Below the pieces are notes generated by a model. That model searched no databases. It saw nothing but the letters and a program-made list of their open reading frames with translations, and had not been told where the DNA came from. Both the position numbers and the translations under genes were made by a program. Positions 51,565 to 64,000 of a stretch of 64,000 bases of DNA are shown here, in pieces. Source of the DNA: Octopus vulgaris (taxonomy: Eukaryota). The stretch spans positions 15,004,001-15,068,000 of the forward strand of contig OX597814.1 in the NCBI GenBank assembly GCA_951406725.2, read 5' to 3'. Each line of letters opens with the position of its first letter. Position 1 is the first letter of the stretch.

Positions 51565-51842
51565 AAATTAATAGTTATCGCCATACTAATATGGCAGTCT
51601 TATAAATATAAGACTAAAGCTGTCGCTGATTAGCTCCATGTTCCATTATAAACCTTCGAACAGGGGAGGGCAGCCGCTTCACCCTGCCAGTCAGACAGCT
51701 GCAGACATGTTTCAGGGTATTTGGACGCAGTTTGTGTGTCAAATAGCTAGCTTGAGGCGGTGGCCTCATGGAGCTAATCAGCGACAGCTTTAGTCTTATA
51801 TTTATAAGACTGCCATATTAGTATGGCGATAACTATTAATTT
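51565..51842. repeat. Second copy of the 76-bp fold-back element
   Basis: Same sequence as 49123-49399 with one extra G in the spacer. Confidence 0.93.
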
Positions 51843-52371
51843 ATATATTAATAGATATTTTATATTTGGATATGCAGCTTGTAGTAAGCAGCTTAAAGCC
51901 CGTACAAAGTAATTCGGCAAAATCATTTCATTAATAGTTTGGACGTAAACGTTATAAGGTTTTCTTCAGAACCTCCTTCGTGTTCGTAGCGTTTGTTAAA
52001 CACGAGAGAAGGGAATGGAATTCATGTAATTCTTTATTATTCATGACGATCCTTTCGCCACATCATGCACTGGTTTCGCTTTTACTTTATCTCACACGCG
52101 AAGCATCAGAGAACAACAGAATGAAATATTTAAATTTTAATATTTATAGTTTAACTTTTAAAGTTTAACAATTAAAGACACATTTCACTGATCTCTTCAG
52201 GAGAAAAACAATTAGTTTTAAATCTCTGAACGAGAAATAAATAGCAACAGTATGTCTCTTTGCCAACGTAGTGTGGCAGTCCTGATTAAGACAGTGTTAT
52301 TTCGTTTTTTAGGCCCAGGAAAACCTCTTTTCCCGTTAGCTATTGATGCACAACTTCGTCCTTTTACCGCG

Positions 52372-52507
<136 letters not shown>

Positions 52508-53897
52508 AAAATTATACATAACAGCAAAACAAAAATTTCCTAATTTAATATGCCGAGAAATAGGCTTTAGATCGTCAATAACCAGATATAATTTATTACG
52601 AAAAGCAGTCTTCTCGAAGAAAGCAGACAGAAATTTCTAAAGTATTCCTTTATTACCGAATCGGTCGAATTCTGAGTTAATCCATTAAGAATTTCCTCGT
52701 CATCAGTGGTAACTACGTTAAGAAATAAATGAAATACTTTCTTGCACACATGGAACAAGCATGCGCAAAGCCATGTGTACACTTAAATACCCCAAATATA
52801 TCCATACAGAAATTTTGCAGCACCTTCATAAGGTAGCATATCCAATACACAGACGCGAAAATACGTAGGTTAAACTGACCCCTTATTTAATCAACGTCTG
52901 AACAACCACAGGTCCACTGTTATCTAATATCACATCTCTTGTTAGCAAAGAACGCCACTTAGAAGAGGTTAGAACAATCCAGATAATTAAATGTAGGCCC
53001 TTTGATAAACTGGGGACTGATATAAATGGAAACAAACGATGCAGTCTTTTCTTGGCCCCGAGAGGAATAATCCTAAAACCTCGCTTACCTCAAAGAACCT
53101 TTTAAAGGGTGAATAAAGTACATACTAAAATCTATTCGAGCACGGAATTCCATTCTACATTTTTGAGTAAATCTTATGCTACGAAGACTGGATGATTGTT
53201 TCAATTGCCTTTGCCTAACTACTTTCAGAATTATTAAAATTCCTGCCCAACAATAGCAATTCACTGTTTTGTGAATTAAAAATACATGTCTTTCATGATC
53301 CGTATTTGTCTCCGATGGACGGTTCTGTACTTTTCTGACTCATCTGTCGCAATTGTTTTGAACCGCAACGACACGATGCAGGTAAATGTACAAGCTGGTA
53401 AATGAATAAGACAACGACATACATCATACGATTGTCGACTTATTTCTATTTGATATCATCTGATTTTATAATTAATCGTCTGTATCCTTGTTCTCTGTAT
53501 CCTTGTTCTCTGTATCCTTGACCTCTGCCTGTTTTTGTATTTATATACCTCTATAAATACATATTCGTTTCAAATAATTTGTTTAATCACATTCACGCAT
53601 CACTAGCGGTAAGATAGCTTATATTACGAATGTTCATAATTACAAAGCTTGTAAAAGAGATAATTAATTTCGAAATGCAATCTATAATTTCGCATTTACG
53701 GATAATTTTGGACAATTTGAAAAATAGATTTTTTAAAACCCCAAACGCCATTGGGAGCGTTTAAGCTCAGGTCAAGGTATAGCTCAAAATTTTGGAAAGC
53801 TGGGCCCATGATATTCTCACACGAACATGTACGTATGTTTATGTGTATGTACGCATGTATGCATCTCTCTTTATCTCTCATTATAACTCTCTCTCTC

Positions 53898-53947
<50 letters not shown>

Positions 53948-54594
53948 GATATATATTCGTGAATAAGAGTAACGGTGTTGCTTTTTTGTTGTTATTATTT
54001 GTTTTTTCCCCCTAAAAAAAATTTCTCCTGATGGTGTCTTACTTTATAGCATAAAAGTCAACGGAAATTATGGGATTTCTCCTTAAGACAATATTTTCCG
54101 GAACGCTTTTCAACTGTCCCAAAAGACATTGCTTATACACCAGCAGAAGTATCATAGACTTTGAAAGAAAGCAGAAAATTTAAGCATCCTTTTTAGCTTT
54201 TAATACCTCTAGAATTTTCAATTTGCATAGAGTAACAAAACATTTTTCAACTTTCAGAACAACCGAACTAGCAGCTATTGATCTTCATCAATCTTTTGTG
54301 CTCAGGAGGTTCGTATAGATCACCCATGTAATTTAACCTGGATTGAGAACCAGCATTATTATTGCACAAATGAGGAGAACGTCTCTGAACTCTTCCAACC
54401 TGGGTATTATACAGTAGAAAAAGATATCAAGATACCTGTGTTCGGATATATGTGTTTTACACAAGGTGTAGTGCTTGTTCATTTGTTGTATTCAATACAC
54501 ACACACACATGTCTAAAATTTGAAATAATTGTTAACATTATTGCTATGGCCTTGTGCCAAAATTTGAAACCATTATTATTATTATTATTATTAT

Positions 54595-54659
<65 letters not shown>

Positions 54660-54662
54660 TTA

Positions 54663-54885
54663 AGGCGGTGAGCTGGCAGAATCATTAGCACGTCGGGCGA
54701 AATGCATAACGGTATTTCGTCCGTCCTTAGGTTCCGAGTTCAAATTCCACCGAGGTCAACTTTGCCTTTCATCCTTTCGACGTCGATAAATCAAGTACCA
54801 GTGAAACACTGGGGTCGATGTCATCGGCTAGTCCTCTCCCCCCACCAAATTCCCTGGCCTTGTGCCTTTAGTAGAAAAGATTGTT
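54663..54885 (+). mobile_element. SINE family B variant following (ATT)n(AGT)n
   Basis: ggcggtgagctggcagaatc head, with core and an alternative 3' end. Confidence 0.82.
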
Positions 54886-55512
54886 GTTGTTGTTGCCTGT
54901 CGTTGCCCGTAGGTGTCTCTTTTGTCTTTAAACATGATAATAGTTCATGCATTTCGAAACGAAAATTGTACCCTACCTCCCCAAGCAGGAGCTGTATGTA
55001 GCCTTTAAAATAATATTGGGAAATAGTCTACGAGTGAGCAAAGTAAAGCTTACAATACAATCTGATGCATTTTTTTGGCGGGTGGAAGGGGGCTGGCTTT
55101 GAACAATCAATTATAATTACTTATGTATTCGACTGGACTTTATTTCCACGAACCCCAAAAGAATGAAATGTATAGTTGGTTAGAGACAAAGGTATAGTTA
55201 GTCACTAAAAGCATAGAATTTTGGACAAATAACGAGAGACATGTCTTCTGATATTCAAAAGCTTCTGCCGATCTATTACCACTTTTACGTGTCACATGAT
55301 CAGCTGAGTCTTCTCATTCATCTTTTCGCTTTTCGTTATTTCCGTTTTACTGCCCTCTCCAAGAATGCATACAATCATACGCATCTGCTCACACATAAGC
55401 ATTTAATCCTTAATCATTAGTCTCGACAAAATATATTTTGTTTCACTTAACGTTCATACATACGTACACACACACGCACCTCCTTGTTTCTCTCCGTGTT
55501 TCTTTTCTGTGT

Positions 55513-55552
55513 GTCTTTCTGTTGAAGAGCGTAGGCTCGAAACGTAAAAGAC
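55513..55552 (+). ncRNA. Minimal hammerhead variant in a short repeat (55480-55650)
   Basis: GUCUUU-CUGUUGA-a-GAGC-guag-GCUC-GAAA-CG-UA-AAAGAC: perfect 6-bp stem I, 4-bp stem II, palindromic ACGU stem III and GUA triplet, with U in place of the core A6. Confidence 0.6.
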
Positions 55553-55663
55553 TTGTTTTATTTATATTCCTGAGCGCCATACTAATACAATTGTTTGTTT
55601 GTATTCCACCTGCCTTCGTCTTTTGTTTATTTTCATAAAGCTTCCCGTTATATATATATATAT

Positions 55664-55908
55664 AACGACCAGGCTATCAGATGTTGCTACACATCGCTGG
55701 TCACAATGCACTTCGCATTGTTTTAGCCTTCAAATGACGCCACCCCGCTGGCTAAGCGAGCAGGCCAACAGAAGAAAGAGTGAGAGAAAGTTGTGGCGAA
55801 AGAGTACAGCAGGGATCGCTACCACTCCACTGCCGGAGCCTCGTGGGGATCGAAATCGCGATCCTACGACCGCGAGTCCGCTGCCCTAACCACTGGGCCA
55901 TTGCGCCT

Positions 55909-55910
<2 letters not shown>
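55664..55910 (-). mobile_element. tRNA-derived SINE family C (short body)
   Basis: Head ggaggcgcaatggcccagtggttagggcagcggactcgcggtcgtaggatcgcgatttcgatccc, shared with 58600-58978. Confidence 0.8.
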
Positions 55911-55960
<50 letters not shown>

Positions 55961-56064
55961 CGTTCATACATACGTACACACACGCACACACGCACACACA
56001 CACACACACATTTCTTTTTTTATTTTATCCTACCTCATTTCTTCCTTCTTTATGTATTTCCAGT

Positions 56065-56310
56065 GGAGGCGCATGGTTTTGTGCTTAGGGTGTCAGCATC
56101 ATGATCGTAAGATTGTGGTTTCAATCCCTGGACCGGGTGACGCATTGTGTTCTTGAGCAAAACACTTCATTTCACGTTGTTCCAGTCCACTCAGCTGGCA
56201 AATATGAGTAACGCTGCAATGGACTGGCGTCGCGTCCAGCTGGGGAACACATACACCATAGAAACCGGGAAGCCGGGCCCATGAGCCTGGCTAGGCTTTA
56301 AAAGGGCGCA
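56065..56310 (+). mobile_element. tRNA-derived SINE family C variant
   Basis: ggaggcgcatgg...ggtttcaatccc head followed by ttgtgttcttgagcaaaacacttcatttcacgttg. Confidence 0.75.
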
Positions 56311-56353
56311 TATATTTATTTTATATTATCTATTTCCACCCGTTTATTTAATG

Positions 56354-56401
<48 letters not shown>

Positions 56402-56890
56402 CTACCTATCTATTTTGATAAAGGACTTGCTTCCGGAACGTCAGTTATATTTCTCTCCCTTTTAAGCGTTAAAATAATATATTTGTTTAAACCTGTACCT
56501 CCCATGTTGCCCTTTCTTATTTGGCCCATTACCTCATACGCACACACAAACACACACATACGTACATACACACACGCATATGCATACACAGACACGCACA
56601 TGTATGTATGTATATATATATATGTGTGTGTGTGCGTGTGTATGTATATTTATATATATGTGTATGTGTGTGTGCGTGTGAATGTATATATGTATGAGAC
56701 AATTTGCCAAATAAGAAGGGACAAGTTTAAACCAACACATTATTAGGCGCAGATGTGGCTGTATGGTAAGAAGCCTGATCCCCAATTATACGGTTCCAGG
56801 TCCAGTCCCACTGCGTGGCATCGTGTGAGTGGATTTGTCAGACGGATACTGAAAGAAGCCCGTCGTAAATATATATATGTATATATGTGC

Positions 56891-56943
<53 letters not shown>

Positions 56944-57799
56944 TGTGTGTGTGTGTTTGTCCGTTTGCCTCTGACCATCGTTGGTGTATGTATGGTATGT
57001 ATGTATGTATGTATGTATGTATGTATGTATGTATGTATGTATGTATATATGTATGTATCAATGTATCAATGTATTTTTGTGTACGTAGGCATATATGTTA
57101 GCATTGTTCACATAACTATAAGCTTTATGGATGAGGAGAGTAAGGTAATAAAATTGATTCTTTTCAAACTGAAGGCTCTTTGATGTATTCCTGCAATCAT
57201 ACATCTTCTCCACATGTTTTCCATGTATGTTCTTATACTGCATAACCTGGGTACCGAACTATAAAGTGCTTACACGTTTTATTCATTTTTGTATTAATTT
57301 ATTTAATTTCCGTTGTTCAGATTTCGAACCTTGATCCTCTCTGATCAAGCAAGAGCTAGCCTTAAATTGGCCCAGTTATGACTGTTATATTTTGACATGT
57401 ATGTATGAAGGAACGAAAATCTAATGTGCCTTCCACTAATTAATACAGCGAAGTGTGGATTGGTTGAAGAGTATCTTACGTCACACGCCTAATAACGTCT
57501 ATGAATCATATGTCCTTGTACGATCGCCTGACCGACTAGAAACCTGTAAGAAATACTATCCTCTTAAATAGGTCATTACTCATCGTGTAATATGCACTTT
57601 GGTGTGAAACTATAAAGTCTAGCTATAAATTACAGGTCTGCTCGTCGGTCTGTTTACTTTAGAGCAATATCTGGAGGTTAAACAATAGCAATACGGATCA
57701 CTTCTTATAATTATTACCACCACCCAGCACTTTCATCAATACCATCGTCTCGTCCCATCATTATCACAACTGCTAACGTCATCATTGTAGTTACGACCT

Positions 57800-57883
57800 T
57801 CATCACCACCACTACCACCACCACCACCACCGCAACCATCATCATCATCATCATCATCGTCATCATAGTCATCATCGTCATCG

Positions 57884-57927
<44 letters not shown>

Positions 57928-57990
57928 GTCGTCATCGTCGCCGCCGTCGTCGTTGTCGTCGTCGTTGTCGTCGTCGTCATCATCATCATT
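57800..57990. repeat. Compound (CAC)/(CAT)/(CGT) trinucleotide repeat
   Basis: Directly visible. Confidence 0.9.
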
Positions 57991-58239
57991 AACCACGACT
58001 ATCTCGAATCTATTTCTGGTAGTAATAGTAGTAACACTAGCAGATATTTAGCCCATGGTCAGTCCCGACTGATATCTACGATGAAGACTATTACATCCAT
58101 CGACTTCTTATTTATTTAAGACAATAATTTAATCTTATTCAAAACGATTAGGCTGATTTCATTACGCAATATTTTAATAAGAAAAAAGAAATAGAAAACT
58201 CCAGCCAAGTTACAAGTATTTACTGACAATCAACTTTTA

Positions 58240-58350
58240 TTTCCTGTCTTGCAAGTGTTCAATGTGGCCACCACCTGCAACACGGGCAACATCAATACGA
58301 TAAGAGAATTCCTCCCAGACGCTTATCAGCATATCACGATCCACTGAGTA
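58240..58350 (-). mobile_element. Tc1/mariner transposase C-terminal fragment
   Basis: VDRDMLISVWEEFSYRIDVARVAGGGHIEHL matches the typical Tc1-like C-terminus. Confidence 0.65.
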
Positions 58351-58599
58351 CTTCTTTGACAGTCTGGTTGAATCTATGTCAATATCTTCTAGGATCGCCT
58401 CATGCAAGGCAAATTTATTCTTTAGTTCCACAATGAACTTGCTTTTGATATGCTGATACGCGTCTGAGAGGAATTCCCTTATCGCATTGATGTTGCCTGT
58501 GTTGAAGGTGGAGGCCACATTCAACACTGAGTTTTCCATTGCTTTGCCGTATTAAAATATTGCATGATGAAATCGGTTCATTCTTTTTTAATTTTGGAA

Positions 58600-58978
58600 G
58601 CACTCCGTCGGTTACGACGACGAGGGTTCCGGTTGATCTGAATCAACGGAACAGCCTGCTCGTGAAATTAACGTGTAAGTGGCTGAGCACTCCACAGACA
58701 CGTGCACCCTTAACGTAGTTCTCGGGGATATTCAGCGTGACACAGAGAGTGACAAAGCCGGCCCCTTGAAATACAGGTACAACAGAAACAGGAAGTAAGA
58801 GTGAGAGAAAGTTGTGGTGAAAGAGTACAGCAGGGATCACCACCATCCCCTGCCGGAGCCTCGTGGAGCTTTTAGGTGTTTTCGCTCAATAAACACTCAC
58901 AACGCCCGGTCTGGGAATCGAAATCGCGATCCTATGACCGCGAGTCCGCTGCCCTAACCACTGGGCCATTGCGCCTCC
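58600..58978 (-). mobile_element. tRNA-derived SINE family C, full length
   Basis: tRNA-like head; its 3' body is shared with 61296-61595. Confidence 0.85.
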
Positions 58979-59575
58979 ACTCTCTTTTTTTAATAACCCT
59001 GTATTAAGCGATATATCTACCCTCCAATAATAAGACGACGTGGTACGAATGCTATTTCTAGCAAATATCCGGTTAGTAGTATATATGCCGTTCATTCATT
59101 CATTCATTCATTCAGACATTCATTCATTCGATCCTTCAGCTGTTAACCCAGATTCACACACTTTCAACCCCACCCCTTCTGTAATTCAGGTTTTCTCTTC
59201 CCCCTCCTCCCATTTCCCAGATGGGATTTTCTATGCTCATACCGTACATTTTATTATACTCGACTATATTTCTACTACAACGTTTATACTTTGTGACAAA
59301 TGCTCTGATTATTCATATATTCAAACTGTCATTGCGTCAGTCAGTAGGATTTATGTCCTGTTCTATTTATATCCAAATATTTTTCTCAAAGATAGGAAGG
59401 AGACGAACAAGCCCTTATAGCTCTACTTATGAGAAACTAAAAACAATAACTCATAACAGTGGTCAGTTTTCGAACCTCACTTGAAACTAGTTAATTTCGC
59501 TTACTAGATTTTGTTTTGTGTGACAATCGAGTGCTAGTCACACAGCTCTTGATTGGAGTTGCGCCACTGTAGGTA

Positions 59576-59626
<51 letters not shown>

Positions 59627-59834
59627 TGTGTACAGTGCTCAGGTGCACTACAACTCATCTAAAGTGTATATATAATCAGGTGTAGTTTCGGCGGATTTCG
59701 GAAAGCATGAGGGCCTTAAAGGATGCAGTGTCATGGCAGTCAACAACTAACGCAGGCAGTTTATTCCATGCTTCAGCAACTCTGAGCGTGAAAAAATGTT
59801 TCCGAAAGTCATGGGAGCTGTGTTGTTTTCTGAC
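59576..59834 (-). mobile_element. 5'-truncated CR1-type LINE 3' end with (ATT)n tail
   Basis: Minus strand RKHFFTLRVAEAWNKLPALVVDC.DTASFKALM...* (CR1 ORF2 C-terminus), a short UTR, then (ATT)n. Confidence 0.8.
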
Positions 59835-60025
59835 AACAGATCTCGTTTCTCACTCTGGTCTTCTTTCCTCTCTACAGTTTTCTTCATAGAAGAACGAGAG
59901 CTATATTGAAACTAATTATTGATATTATAAGATCTTACAAACAATTAACAGAATGTAAATGTCGTCTGAAGTTGATCTATACATTGTTTCAAGGATAAAA
60001 CTCTGAAGTTGTGTGCAACCTATTC

Positions 60026-60126
60026 ATAGCGACCCAAACTATTATTAGTGACCCAAACTATTAACAGTGACCCAAACTATTAATAGTGACCCAAACTATT
60101 AATAGTGACCCAACCTATTAATAGTG
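60026..60126. repeat. 19-bp minisatellite (atagtgacccaaactatta) x about 5
   Basis: Direct tandem copies with no spacers. Confidence 0.9.
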
Positions 60127-61295
60127 TTTTCATTAATAAAGGTTAAGGTTCAATTGAAGATAGGAAAAAAAACCCGCCAAAAGCATTAGCTTAAGAATTA
60201 AATCTGATCAGGAATTGTACTGAAGACAATTTTGATATTTAAATCAACAAACTCGAACACAATGCCCCTATGTTGTGATGATTATATCTATAGATACCTA
60301 TCGGGATATTAACTTAGAACGTAAAATGCATGCACAGAAACCACAAAATATCGTGTCCGAATTTGTTATTTGCAACTGGTAGTACTCGTTATTTATTTAT
60401 TTATTTATTTTGTGGCTGGAAATGGGAATTTCTGCATGGTTTGAATGGTAGAATGAGTAATATTACCCTGAAATTCTGAAATTTGCTGCTATATTTAGTC
60501 ATGTCCGTTTGCGTTCTGAATTCAAATCACACTGTAGTCAATTTACTTCCAGCTTTTTTAATGTTGACATCATGAAGTACCTGTTAATTACTTGGAACCA
60601 GTAACAGTAAAGTACTTGGGTCCATATGAGAAAATGTCTTCTCCCTAAAATGTGTGGCCGCGTTCCTAAGTTAGAAATTAATATAATTTCAAACATTTTG
60701 GGATGGTCGCTACATTAATTGAATTAGTCCTTAATTAATTGCATGTTCGTGAAGAAAATATACCTCACTTACAATGTTATATTCTAAGGTCAAGCACTTT
60801 TATTATTCCTGACTTTTGCGTATTTTCAATAAGAACCTCTTCAAAGGACTATAACAGATTTCGAGGTATACTCTCTGCTATTTCGTCAATTCGCATAAAA
60901 AATAATTGTTGTTTTTCTCTAATTCATCAAAAGCATACCACCCACGACGTCTAACGCACTAGTCTCGAGTTTTCAGGTTAGGCGTGATATAAAAAAATTA
61001 CATTGACAAACTCCAAACCAGTTTTATGTCAGTAGAACACACATAAAAAAGGCAGTGAATAAATAAATAAGATTAAAGGAAATTTGAATACATTTTCGAA
61101 CGTCAAGATTTTTCCAACGACCTCTTCTCGTTTATATATAATAGTTTATTGGAAATTTATACTTTAACATATGATCGTTTACCTTATAAAAATATTAAAA
61201 TCCGCATACACTAACATACATAAAAAGCTAGATGCAAATACTAAAAACTTATACATATACTTTTATATGATTTTACAGGTGTACTAAATATATGT

Positions 61296-61595
61296 ATGGC
61301 TTAGTGGTTAGGGCATTCGGCTTACGATTGTAAGGTCGTGAGTTCGATTCCCAGCGATGCGTTGTGTCCTTGAGCAAGACACTTTATTTCCCGTTGCTCC
61401 AGTCCACTCCGCTGGCAAAAATGAGTTGTACCTGTATTTCAAAGGGCCGCCTGTGTCACGCTGAATCTCCTTGAGAACTACGTTAGGGGTACACGTGTCT
61501 GTGGAATGCTCATCCACTTGCACGTTAATTTCACGAGCTGGCTGTTCCATTGATCGTATCAACTGAGACCCTCGTCGTCTTAACCTACGGGGTGC
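61296..61595 (+). mobile_element. tRNA-derived SINE family C variant
   Basis: tggcttagtggttagggcattcgg...gagttcgattccc head; 3' body as in 58600-58978. Confidence 0.82.
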
Positions 61596-62147
61596 TCCTA
61601 TTCACCTACCTACCTATATATATTCGTGTGTGTATACTTTCTTACATACAAATATATACATGCATATATACATACACACAACTCACACACACAGACACAC
61701 ACACATGAGTTGTGTGTATGTATATTTCTCTGTGTGTGAGGTGTGTGCGCGCTAAATGAATATGTACCCCGAAAGTATGTTAGCAAATTTATCAACTTTA
61801 TAAATTTTATATGGAAATTAGTGGGATGTGATCACGGACATTAATACTTACAAATATATACACTCACGGGCATGCACCCTCCCACACACAATCACACATG
61901 CATGTCTGTGTGTGTATGTATATAGGTATATATGTCTGTATGTATCCCTCTAATTTATATATATAATTGATAAATAACTTTATAAGTCAATAAATACATT
62001 GCTCACACACACTTTCAGTTACGTATACATTTATAAACACTCACGCACTCACAAATATACATGCCTACGTACATTTCTACTACCTGACTACCTTCTTGCA
62101 TACACTAATACCTACATACATGTATGTACTCTTTCTCTTTCTCTTTC

Positions 62148-62196
<49 letters not shown>

Positions 62197-62739
62197 GTAT
62201 GCATTTATGTGTGTATATATATATATGTATAACATAAATAATATATAAATATATGCATATATACATACATATATGTACATACCTACATATACATGTATAT
62301 ATACATGCATATATGGGTACAGGACATCAAAAAAACGTAGACACAATGAGAAACGAAAACAAAGCAAAAACATAGAAAGCGAACTTTTTTCGAACAACGA
62401 AAAAACAAGCAGAGAACCGAGACATGCAACATAAAGAGCATTCCTTTCATCAGTTGTCCCTGTTTCATCTACTTCGCGTTGCGAAGGTAAGGGCAATACG
62501 CGACTTTGTTGAAACGGTCCTTCCCGCAAAGCAAATTAAATAAAATTTGGGATTTTTTGCGGAGGGTGTAAGTGGTAATAAAAATAGGACTGTGAGAACA
62601 AGACAGTAAAAACAAACGGTAAGGGTTGTTAAGTCAAGACGATGTGAAGGTGGCGCCCCAGCATGGCTGCAGCCACATGACTGAAACAAGCAAAAGATAC
62701 AAGACACTATCACATCTACCACCAAAAACATCAATTTCG

Positions 62740-63105
62740 GCTTAACGGCATTTCGGTTGTCTTTACGTTCTGAGTTCAAATCCCGCCGCTGTCAACTTTG
62801 CTTTTCATCTTTTCAGGGTCTTTCAGAAGAAAATACCGGTTACACACTGGAGTCGATGTAATCGACTTAATCCGTTTGTCTGTCCTTGTTTGTCCCTTCT
62901 GTGTTTAGCCCCTTGTGGGTAGTAAAGAAATACGTATTTTATCTGTCTTTATGTTCTGAGTTCAAATTCCGCCGAGGTCGACTTTGCCTTTCATCCTTTC
63001 GGGGTCGATTAAATAAGTACCAGTTGCGTACTAAGATCGATCTAATCGACTGGTCCCCTCTCCAAAAATTTCGGGCATTGTGCCTTGAGTAGAAAAGATT
63101 ATTTA
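62740..63105 (+). mobile_element. Two tandem family B SINE fragments
   Basis: Two gttctgagttcaaat...actttgc cores in succession. Confidence 0.75.
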
Positions 63106-63349
63106 TTATATTTTGTCTGAGGTACGCGTGATACAATTAATAGTTATAATTTGTTGATTCCCAGCACGATCCTAGGTTGCTTATACATCAGTGTGCAGTT
63201 GCTGTAGTTGAAACCCGTGTATGTACCGAAAAGATGCTGCAAATAACTGATAACTAAAATACCCTGTTGTTGATGTTGAAATTCCAATGAAGGAACCTTG
63301 GATCTAGGCTTAAAATCAGTTCTTTCTCTATTGACAAGAAATCTTGAAA

Positions 63350-63582
63350 TAAACTGAATAATGATATACATGCGTATGTACATGCTTACATAAATCCGCC
63401 AAATATGGTTGTGTGGGACCACAAAGGAAAGATATTATCTATTGTGGAAACAACTGTTACCCGGACACGAAAGGGGTTAGAAAAATACAAGTGAAAGAGG
63501 ACATCCTTTGTGGTCCCACACAACGATATTTGGCCGATTTATGTATGCATGTACATACGTATATATGTTATTATTCAGTTTA
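63350..63582. repeat. Imperfect 79-bp inverted repeat with a 75-nt spacer
   Basis: 63350-63428 is the reverse complement of 63504-63582 with a handful of mismatches. Confidence 0.88.
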
Positions 63583-64000
63583 ATACCTGAAAATGTATCT
63601 TGGGTACTGGATTTCATCATTGACAAGGTGTTTGGAAATTCAGTACCCAAGATACATTTTCAGGTTCAAAACCCATTATTATTGGAGCAACAAAGTACAT
63701 ACCGACTCATCTGCAGCAAAATATGGCTAAATTCGGAATCTTAGAGAGAAAATGCAAATCTTTAATTCATACGCTATAAATGTTCACGATATCTAGGATT
63801 TAAAAAGATGTCGTTTAAATCAAGCTACATTCCTTCCCAACCTTGCTACCAAGTGAGTGTGGTAGGTAAAAATTTACTCTAAAATGAAAAAAGAGAAATA
63901 GAAGGCACCCCCTCCCCCACACACACATGCACACATGCATTAGTTTCACCCATGTGACTGCAGTCATACTGGAATACCTGATGAGTTAAGTCCCTTCTAA

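Noticed and set aside
57714-57996. Poly-Asp / poly-Met-Thr ORFs
   Set aside because: Trinucleotide repeat translations without splice or start context.
60767-61160. Minus-strand TATATAAA (about 61131-61138) with nearby GGAAATTT and a GTAAGT donor at about 60772, as a possible promoter/first exon
   Set aside because: No ATG micro-exon like the IL-17 genes and no downstream coding exon identified; such motifs are expected by chance in AT-rich DNA.

Overview
Eukaryotic, AT-rich and microsatellite-dense DNA, most likely from a coleoid cephalopod (Octopus-like). That assignment is inferred from the clustered IL-17-like genes and the tRNA-derived SINE landscape. The only host genes I can support are two convergent, paralogous interleukin-17-like cytokine genes. 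Each has a 15-nt, phase-0 first coding micro-exon that the ORF track misses. Gene 1 is 891-905 + 2684-3199 on +, with an NF-kB-type site and TATA box upstream. Gene 2 is 21593-21607 + 14105-14626 on -, with a 7-kb intron. The rest is repeats: three SINE families, plus Ty3/Gypsy, RTE, R4/Dong-like, CR1, Penelope, Tc1/mariner and Helitron remnants, and a ~2.1-2.4 kb x 3.5 tandem array at 45.8-54.0 kb. The most interesting non-genic signal is a set of Penelope-type minimal hammerhead ribozyme motifs. One has an intact core and lies sense-oriented in the intron of IL-17 gene 2, with an antisense copy 2 kb away. Other notable items are recurrent fold-back (inverted repeat) structures, a strongly G-depleted ~3 kb intronic segment, and a 44-codon ORF behind back-to-back TATA boxes in the tandem array. 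All calls were made by eye; no searches or folding programs were run.
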